Shown here: positions 57,789-64,000 of the stretch, in pieces | Position numbering within the stretch: position 1 is the stretch's first letter | Layout of the letters: the number at the start of each line of letters is the position of its first letter | Assembly (NCBI GenBank): GCA_965262115.1 | Contig: OZ253496.1 | Coordinates: 64,001 to 128,000, forward strand | Source of the DNA: Nitrospinales bacterium | Lineage (GTDB): Bacteria; Nitrospinota; Nitrospinia; Nitrospinales; VA-1 | DNA length: 64,000 nt | Direction: 5' to 3' | The notes under the pieces: model-generated | What the model saw: the letters and a program-made list of their open reading frames with translations, nothing else | Told to the model about the DNA's origin: nothing | Databases searched by the model: none | Translations under genes and position numbers: made by a program

Positions 57789-58166
57789 ATGAAGAAGTTT
57801 TCAGGAATATTTTTGGGGTGGGCTCTATTTATTTTCGTGGCTGCAAACCCTGTCTGGGCGCAATCGGGTGGGCATGCCAGTGTTGGATTGGGTCACGGTG
57901 AAGAGGGTTATCTTCACTTGGAAGAAATGGTCAAACATATGGAGTACAGTCTGAAAATGCCGGATGCCAGCGAGGAGTTGAAAATGCATGGTCCCATGGC
58001 TTTGCAACACGCTAAGGAAGCGTTGAAACATTATAATGAAGCCTTGAAACATGGTTCGGAGTCACTGGGTCGGCGAGCTTCAATGCCTAGGGCTGAGGGT
58101 TCTGGTCCTGGTCCCGGCTACCGCGATGAAGGTTCTTCCCATAGCCATGACGAAGGTTCCCACTAG
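57789..58166 (+). CDS. Secreted His-rich small protein, SmbP-like metal binder
   Basis: Signal peptide ending VWA; His every seven residues (HGEEGYLHLEEMVKH, HGPMALQHAKEALKHYNEALKH); HSHDEGSH tail. Confidence 0.7.
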   Translation: MKKFSGIFLGWALFIFVAANPVWAQSGGHASVGLGHGEEGYLHLEEMVKHMEYSLKMPDASEELKMHGPMALQHAKEALKHYNEALKHGSESLGRRASMPRAEGSGPGPGYRDEGSSHSHDEGSH

Positions 58167-58292
58167 CCCACTCGCCGTGGGGGCAATGAGCAATAGTTTT
58201 TTGAGCCTAGATAACTCTTTGTCTGGCTGATAAAGATATTACAATCTACCAAATGAGCCTCTCAGCAAGGAAGGCAGATAGCAAACTTGTTG

Positions 58293-58331
58293 TACACCTT
58301 CGGGGCATGAAGGCCAGTGAAGAAATATCAC
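58293..58331. mobile_element. 39-bp mini-element inserted into another dispersed repeat
   Basis: tacaccttcggggcatgaaggccagtgaagaaatatcac; the uninterrupted host repeat is at 37544-37587. Confidence 0.85.
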
Positions 58332-58347
58332 AAGCCGAGAAAAACGA

Positions 58348-58445
58348 TTGCTAGCAGTAATACACTATTGCAGTTGGCCCCACGCCTGTTGGGCCGAGAG
58401 TGGTGTTGCTAGCAGTAATACGCTATTGCAGTTGGCCCCACGCCT
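58348..58445. repeat. 40-bp direct repeat x2 with an 18-bp linker
   Basis: ttgctagcagtaatac(a/g)ctattgcagttggccccacgcct at 58348 and 58406. Confidence 0.9.
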
Positions 58446-58758
58446 AGTTGGCGGGGCCTACGAGAATTTTGCCGTCATCTATTTTTACTTGATAGACCTT
58501 GGTATCCCATTCTTCGCCGCGGTCACATTTTCCTGTTTTGAGATCAAACCGGTAACCGTGGTTGGGGCATTTTATACCGGTGCCGTTTAATGTTCCGCGC
58601 ACCAGCGGCGCGGTTTTTTTGTGTGGGCATCGGTCGTAGATGGCGAACAGCTCACCATCCAGATTAAAAAGCGTAATGAGTTCGCCGTTGACGTCAACGC
58701 GTTTTCTTTCCCCCGGGGGAACTTCCCCAAGATCGGCCACTTCAGTAAACTCTGTCAT
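58444..58758 (-). CDS. Rieske [2Fe-2S] ferredoxin
   Basis: CPH...CPNHG..FDL.TG; probable start MTEF at 58758. Confidence 0.92.
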   Translation of the reverse strand: MTEFTEVADLGEVPPGERKRVDVNGELITLFNLDGELFAIYDRCPHKKTAPLVRGTLNGTGIKCPNHGYRFDLKTGKCDRGEEWDTKVYQVKIDDGKILVGPAN

Positions 58759-58846
58759 CCGCTTACTTCCTCTTCGCCAGAGCGGCGGCATGCAATAGCT
58801 CGTTGAGCCGAGTAACCCTTTATCGGCAAGGAAAAGACATTGCTCA

Positions 58847-59788
58847 TTACCTGCGGAGGTTCTCCGCCACAGGGAAAGAAGACCGACTCCAGTCCCACCA
58901 GGAACCGTCATAGTTCCTCACTTTATACCCCAGATAACGGAAAACAAAATAGGCCATGGCCGAGCGAACCCCACCGGTGCAATACACGATGATTTCCTGA
59001 TTCGGGCGGATTCCATTTTGCTTCAACAGGGAATTGAGGGCCGGTAGGGATTTCAGGTTTCCATCGCCTTGAAAAAATTCCGGCCAGTGGATATGGATGG
59101 CGTTGGGGATATGTCCTCCCCTTGGCGAACCATAGGGTGTGGCGCCCTCGAATTCCTTGCGTGTCCTGTTGTCGATCAATCTGAGATTACTTTTAGAAAA
59201 GTTATTATTTATTAATAATTTAGTGGCAATAACCTCATTATTTAGTTTGATGCTGTTCAGGGCTGGTTCCGGTGAAGGAGACGGGTTTTGTCGGCCTCTT
59301 TGGATTTCTTTGCCAGCCTGTTTCCAGCTAGGGAGTCCGCCGTCCAAGAAGGCTACTTTCTCGAATCCATAACGCTCGAAAATCCAGAAGAATCGGCCGT
59401 CCGTTCTCCATGGGTCATCCGGCTCGCCATAGATAACGATGGTTTTGTCTGGAGAAAAACCCAGTGGACCCAGTTTTTGGGCGATGAAGGCTTTATCGTC
59501 TTTGAGCAATCCCTTGACCCCATTTAGCTTATGTGTGAATTCCCACCAGTCGTCGAGATTAACTGCCCCGGGGATATGGCCGAACAGGAATTTCCAGGAC
59601 GGACGAGTGTCGACCACGACTCTCTGGTCTTCTGGAATGTTGCTCACCATGGCCGGAGTCATAAGAAGCCCACTTGCAAGACATTGAGAGATATGGGTTA
59701 TTGATAAAAACAGGCCCAGAATGAGCAGGATATTGACCCTGATTTTTCTTGACAAAATACGGGATCCGCTTGTACTATCAGGCTTCAT
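58847..59788 (-). CDS. Two-domain sulfurtransferase (rhodanese), probably exported
   Basis: GHIPGA, LDGG, GHIPNA, YCTGGVRS, YDGSW; hydrophobic N-terminus. Confidence 0.9.
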   Translation of the reverse strand: MKPDSTSGSRILSRKIRVNILLILGLFLSITHISQCLASGLLMTPAMVSNIPEDQRVVVDTRPSWKFLFGHIPGAVNLDDWWEFTHKLNGVKGLLKDDKAFIAQKLGPLGFSPDKTIVIYGEPDDPWRTDGRFFWIFERYGFEKVAFLDGGLPSWKQAGKEIQRGRQNPSPSPEPALNSIKLNNEVIATKLLINNNFSKSNLRLIDNRTRKEFEGATPYGSPRGGHIPNAIHIHWPEFFQGDGNLKSLPALNSLLKQNGIRPNQEIIVYCTGGVRSAMAYFVFRYLGYKVRNYDGSWWDWSRSSFPVAENLRR

Positions 59789-59987
59789 TTTTTTCTCTCC
59801 GTTTGGTAAAAGCCGGAGCATTTTTGTGAAAATGGCTCTGAAAAAAGACTTGAGGGTTAACGCCCTTGTCCCCGGTCACCTTAACGATTATATATGATTT
59901 AGATGTCGCGTGGCGGGATTAGATTGATTCAAATTGGGCTGGAAACGGCCAGGCATATAAGAAATTTATTTTAATTAAAGGTTAACT

Positions 59988-60785
59988 ATGACAACGGATG
60001 ATCAAGGCAAGGAAAAACGGTTGGAAGAGATTAAGCGGGAAGAGAAAGAAGACGCAAGCGGTTATTATTCCCAGGGATCCTCAAATGATACCGTGAGCGA
60101 AGAAGCCGAATACAGTAAGCCCGTTGTTCCGGTTCAACAGGAGCAGGAAGAAATGAATATGCTGAAGGCCGTTGCCTTTCTGGGTTTTGGAATGGCGGCT
60201 CTGGCGATTATTTTCATCCTGTTTTTTGTCCGCGATCTTGATACCCGGGTAGTGGGTATGGACGGTACCGTGACCAACCTTGAAGAAAAAATTGCCCCTC
60301 TGAAAAGGCATGTGGACGATAGCTTTAGCAAAATTAATGCAGATATTTCCGGACTGAAAAACAAGGTTGGTAACTATGAGCGCATGATGGCGGTGATGGA
60401 ACTCAAACGCGCATTGGTCACCGTTCAGGAAATGTCTATGGGTAACTCACCCAATATTGAAGCCAAGTCCGGTGAAGTGGTAGCCGGTATAGAGGCATTG
60501 TTGACAGAATTGGGAGCGGGACCAACCGCCACCAAAAGCCTGCCTGCAGGAATCGTAAGTCTGGAGGAAGCCCCTGTTCCGGCAGTTGCGGAAGAGTCGA
60601 CCGCTCCCGTTGAGGAGCCTGCGGCAGAAGAACCCGCTCCGGCTGAAGAGACTCATGCCGCTGCTGAGGCCGCACCCGAGCCTTCTGAATCTGCGCCTGA
60701 GCCTGCTGAAGAAGCTCCCGCAGAAGAAGAAAGTTCTGAAGGTGGGGAAGAAGACGATGAAGAAGAGGAAGACGACGACGAATAG
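59988..60785 (+). CDS. Hypothetical single-pass membrane protein with coiled coil and acidic tail
   Basis: One TM segment, heptad region, Glu/Pro/Ala-rich and Asp/Glu-rich C-terminus. Confidence 0.8.
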   Translation: MTTDDQGKEKRLEEIKREEKEDASGYYSQGSSNDTVSEEAEYSKPVVPVQQEQEEMNMLKAVAFLGFGMAALAIIFILFFVRDLDTRVVGMDGTVTNLEEKIAPLKRHVDDSFSKINADISGLKNKVGNYERMMAVMELKRALVTVQEMSMGNSPNIEAKSGEVVAGIEALLTELGAGPTATKSLPAGIVSLEEAPVPAVAEESTAPVEEPAAEEPAPAEETHAAAEAAPEPSESAPEPAEEAPAEEESSEGGEEDDEEEEDDDE

Positions 60786-60823
60786 TTCGGTCTTAACTTT
60801 CACCTTTTAGTTCTCTTCAATTC

Positions 60824-61150
60824 ATGCCAGCCATAAAATTTGTTTTATCCATCCTGTTGCTGATCGTTATTGCTTCATTCGCCGTACAAAATATGGATTC
60901 GGTGGAGATCAGCTATTATGATCTGAAACTCGAACTCCATACAGTTGAACTGCCATTGATGGTGGTGCTCGTGATCCCACTAGTATTGGGATTTTTAATG
61001 GCCTGGTTCATGGGAATGTTCGACCGGTTCAAATTGAAGTCCACCATCCGCCAGCAAAACCGATCCATCTCTTCCATGGAAGAAGAGTTGGAGAGGCTTA
61101 AAAGCACTCCTCAGCTTCCCACTCAGGCAGAATCTTCTACTGACTCCTGA
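60824..61150 (+). CDS. LapA (lipopolysaccharide assembly A) family protein
   Basis: TM-FAVQN..V.I..-ELPL-TM-coiled coil pattern. Confidence 0.8.
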   Translation: MPAIKFVLSILLLIVIASFAVQNMDSVEISYYDLKLELHTVELPLMVVLVIPLVLGFLMAWFMGMFDRFKLKSTIRQQNRSISSMEEELERLKSTPQLPTQAESSTDS

Positions 61151-61594
61151 TTACCTCAGTCGCGGATTTGCGAAAAATGCAACCAGGTCTTTGACCGAAA
61201 TTACGCCTACAATCTTGTCATTCTCGGTCACCGGGAGGTGGCGGATCTTTTTTTGCGCCATAAAGGCATTGGCATCTGTCACTGGCTGATGGCAATCCAG
61301 AGTGAAGAGCGGTTGCGGGGTCATGACAGCATCTACTCTCGTGGTTTTAGGATCCAACCCCCCACCCAGGACTTTGCGTGATAAATCTGTTTCCGTTACA
61401 ATCCCGACGTATTCATCATTTTCCGTGATAAGAACCGAGCCAATGTTTTTTTCATGCATGAACTTGGCGGTTTCTTGAATCGTGGAATCCGAGCCGACGC
61501 TGATTACGGAGGGACTCATGTAATCAGATATTTCTGTCCGGGTAGTTGTGTCTTTTGCAAATCTATGGGGCTTGTGTTTTGGAGCCATGATCAA
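61151..61594 (-). CDS. CBS-pair protein
   Basis: IGSVLI..VGIVTETD and IRHLPV..IVGVISVKD. Confidence 0.92.
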   Translation of the reverse strand: MIMAPKHKPHRFAKDTTTRTEISDYMSPSVISVGSDSTIQETAKFMHEKNIGSVLITENDEYVGIVTETDLSRKVLGGGLDPKTTRVDAVMTPQPLFTLDCHQPVTDANAFMAQKKIRHLPVTENDKIVGVISVKDLVAFFANPRLR

Positions 61595-61692
61595 CCTCCA
61601 AATTAGGGTGCGGTTGGTAATCTAGTTTTTTTCCTGGAGTCTAGGGTCCAATGACCTTCTTGTCAATTGGATGCCCGGCTTTTAAAGGGGAT

Positions 61693-62742
61693 TCATTTTC
61701 GGAGGCTATCGGGTTGCTGTTGGGTAAGACAATGCACACCCCCCAGTCCCCATATGAGGGTTTTGCACTGAATCTGGATGATCTTGCGTTCTGGAAACAA
61801 AGGAGTTAACAGGTCCAGGACTCTCTGGTCATTAGGGTGATCATAGCTGGGGACCAGCACAGCATGGTTGGCGATATAAAAGTTGGCGTAGCTGGCAGGC
61901 AGACGTTCTTCCTTGGAGCCGACATAACCCGGCATGGGCAGGGGGAGAATTTGGAAGGGATTGCCGTCCGTGTCTTTCGCCGCTTCCAGGCGCTCATAAT
62001 TTTGTTTTAATCCGAGAAAGTTTACGTCTCTTTCATTTTCTTCCAAAGCACAAACAATGGTGGTGGGGTTTACGAAACGGGCCAGATTATCGATATGCCC
62101 ATCGGTGTCGTCTCCTTCCAGTTCACCATGCAGCCAGATGATTTTCGAAACTCCCAGATAATTTTTCAAAAATTCTTCCATGCGTTCCCGGCGTATGCCG
62201 TCATTGCGGTTGGGGTTGAGGATGCAGGAATCGGTGGTCAGGCATGTTCCGCGACCATTCACCTCTATGGCTCCGCCTTCCAAAACAATTCCCGGCTTGA
62301 AACTTGGAAACTGCAATTGCTCGGCAATGATGCTGCAGGCGAGATCATCAAGCTCCCATTTATATTTTCGGCCCCAGGAATCAAAATCCCAATCGTTGAT
62401 GGCTACCTCCCCATCTTCTTCCCGAATGAGAAAATTAGGGCCGTAATCACGAATCCATGAATCATTGGTGGGGATGTCATAGAGGAAAACCTGATCCATA
62501 TTTATGCCGTTGGTCTGCAGTTTCTTATGCAGGTCTTCTTCGGCGGATTTATCCTGGACCAGAATATGGGTCTTTTCCCCTTGGGTGAGGGCTTTGACGA
62601 TTTGCAGGTAGTCGAACTCGACCCGTTCCATATTCTGATCGGGCCAGGTTTCCGGGTTATGAGGCCATGTCAGCCAGGTTCCTGCATGAGGCTCCCATTC
62701 TGCTGGCATGCGATAGTCGGTGGGGAAGGTAATTTCATTCAT
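61693..62742 (-). CDS. aguA: Agmatine deiminase
   Basis: MPAEWEPH, WIRDYGP, LEGGAI, DDTDGHID, GGVHCLTQQQP. Confidence 0.95.
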   Translation of the reverse strand: MNEITFPTDYRMPAEWEPHAGTWLTWPHNPETWPDQNMERVEFDYLQIVKALTQGEKTHILVQDKSAEEDLHKKLQTNGINMDQVFLYDIPTNDSWIRDYGPNFLIREEDGEVAINDWDFDSWGRKYKWELDDLACSIIAEQLQFPSFKPGIVLEGGAIEVNGRGTCLTTDSCILNPNRNDGIRRERMEEFLKNYLGVSKIIWLHGELEGDDTDGHIDNLARFVNPTTIVCALEENERDVNFLGLKQNYERLEAAKDTDGNPFQILPLPMPGYVGSKEERLPASYANFYIANHAVLVPSYDHPNDQRVLDLLTPLFPERKIIQIQCKTLIWGLGGVHCLTQQQPDSLRK

Positions 62743-63607
62743 CGGTATCTAAATATAATTTAGAGAGATCCTGGTAAGCATCGACCCTTCGGTCCCTTAA
62801 GAAGGGCCAGTTTTGTCTCGTCGATTCGATCTCCGACAGGGTGCATTGGGCGATCACGATCTGCGGTTTATTTTCGGCCTGACCGATAACTTTTCCAAAT
62901 GGATTGCAGATGAAGGATCGACCCCAAAAGGTCAGGGCCTTTTCACGACCCACCCGGTTCACCGAACCTAAAAAAACACCATTGGAAATGGCGTGAGATT
63001 TTTGTATGGTTTCCCACGCGGAAATTTGCTGTTCAGAGATTTTGGCATCTTCATCCTGATACCCGATAGCGGTGGGATAAAATAAGAACTGTGCTCCGGA
63101 TAAGGACGTTAGCCGGGCCGCTTCCGGAAACCACTGGTCCCAGCAGATCAGCACCCCAACTTTTCCATAGCGGGTAGCAAAACTTTTGAACCCGGTATCC
63201 CCGGGAGTGAAATAGAATTTTTCAAAGAAGCAGGGGTCATCGGGAATATGCATTTTGCGATAGGTTCCGACGACGCTTCCATCCGCATCAATGATAATGG
63301 CGGTGTTGTGGTAAATGCCCTGCGCCCGTTTTTCAAAAAGAGGCACAATCAGGACGACCTGTAACTCTTTTGCCAGCTTGGAGAGTGCTTCGCTCGTCGG
63401 ACCCGGCAGAGGTTCGGCCATGGAAAAATTTTCAGTCGATTCTGTTTGGCAAAAATATTGAGTCAGGAAAAGTTCGGGAAGGCAAATAATTTGCGCTCCC
63501 TTTTTCGATGCGGCACGAATGGAATCCATTGCGCTTTCCAGGTTTTTGCCTGCGTCCGGGGAACAGGCCATTTGAACGAGGCCAACTGATATTGTTGTGT
63601 TAGTCAT
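62735..63607 (-). CDS. aguB: N-carbamoylputrescine amidohydrolase
   Basis: LPELF, YRKMHIPDDP, ICWDQWFPE, YPTAIG, FLRDRR; overlaps aguA. Confidence 0.93.
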   Translation of the reverse strand: MTNTTISVGLVQMACSPDAGKNLESAMDSIRAASKKGAQIICLPELFLTQYFCQTESTENFSMAEPLPGPTSEALSKLAKELQVVLIVPLFEKRAQGIYHNTAIIIDADGSVVGTYRKMHIPDDPCFFEKFYFTPGDTGFKSFATRYGKVGVLICWDQWFPEAARLTSLSGAQFLFYPTAIGYQDEDAKISEQQISAWETIQKSHAISNGVFLGSVNRVGREKALTFWGRSFICNPFGKVIGQAENKPQIVIAQCTLSEIESTRQNWPFLRDRRVDAYQDLSKLYLDTDE

Positions 63608-63762
63608 GAAAATTTAAATAGTTATGCCTTGTAAAGGAATTTGTTATGATAAAATATCATAACATGATAGCGGTTTTCCTCCCACTTGCCGTGGAGATTC
63701 TCCGGAGTTTCTGGTGAAATACCTCCGCTTTTTATTAAATATCCTTGAATAAATTATTGCCC

Positions 63763-64000
63763 ATGTGGATCAAGCAGGCGTTCAGAGATTACTACAAACC
63801 AAAATTAAAGCGCAGACTGGAGAGGGATCCAAACCAGGAGGAACTGGACCAGCGTTTTGAAGAAATATACAGCCAGGTCAACTGCATTCTTCTTGCCGGA
63901 GTTCTCGAGGGGGTTGCCATCTATTTTTATGAAATCGCAAAATTTACCAAAGAGGAACTGGATGGTTTCAGAGATCGTCCTGAAGAATATCTTTTTGAGC
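63763..64000 (+). CDS. Hypothetical protein, runs off the window end
   Basis: Open frame MWIKQAFRDYYKPKLKRRLERDP... to 64000. Confidence 0.65.
   Translation, partial: MWIKQAFRDYYKPKLKRRLERDPNQEELDQRFEEIYSQVNCILLAGVLEGVAIYFYEIAKFTKEELDGFRDRPEEYLFE

Larger units (their letters stand above)
34774..64000. other. Bacterial chromosomal DNA, probably Nitrospinota-like
   Basis: Dense intron-less ORFs, operons with overlapping stop/start codons, Shine-Dalgarno sites, terminators, IS110; the taxon is inferred from gene repertoire only. Confidence 0.9.

Noticed and set aside
58348..58445. 40-bp repeat with 18-bp linker as a mini-CRISPR
   Set aside because: Only two copies, the linker is too short, and the unit includes the dispersed ggccccacgcc motif.
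35179..63348. Short ORFs overlapping the long bacterial genes
   Set aside because: Shadow frames of well-supported genes.
1..64000. tRNA or rRNA genes
   Set aside because: None recognised by eye; a tRNAscan-SE or Infernal run is needed to exclude them.

Overview
The window has two parts joined at about 34,774. Bases 1 to ~34,773 are AT-rich animal-type DNA (a marine invertebrate such as a sponge is my inference). They hold decayed hAT, LINE, pogo, Ginger/GIN, Polinton-type pPolB and Harbinger relics, MITEs, minisatellites, and a four-exon GT-AG spliced gene fragment with a fibronectin type III-like domain. From ~34,774 to 64,000 the DNA is gene-dense and bacterial (Nitrospinota-like by my recognition, not by search). 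It carries truncated moaE, moaD, moaC, an M16 peptidase, an ABC1 kinase, a class II aldolase, a USP/PCP_red fusion, msbA-oleA-oleB, ahcY, spoVG, a GAF sigma-54 activator, decayed flgB and fliE, a Rieske ferredoxin, a rhodanese and aguA-aguB. The most notable system is a family of ~40-bp elements (TACCC..hairpin..GCATGAA..ATATCAC). There are at least 9 copies, they insert without target duplication, and they nest inside each other. One copy is split by a complete IS110 (IS621-like) element whose bridge-RNA guide segments can be read directly and match that mini-element and the element's own donor junction. Protein and taxon calls rest on motif recognition; no database search was run.
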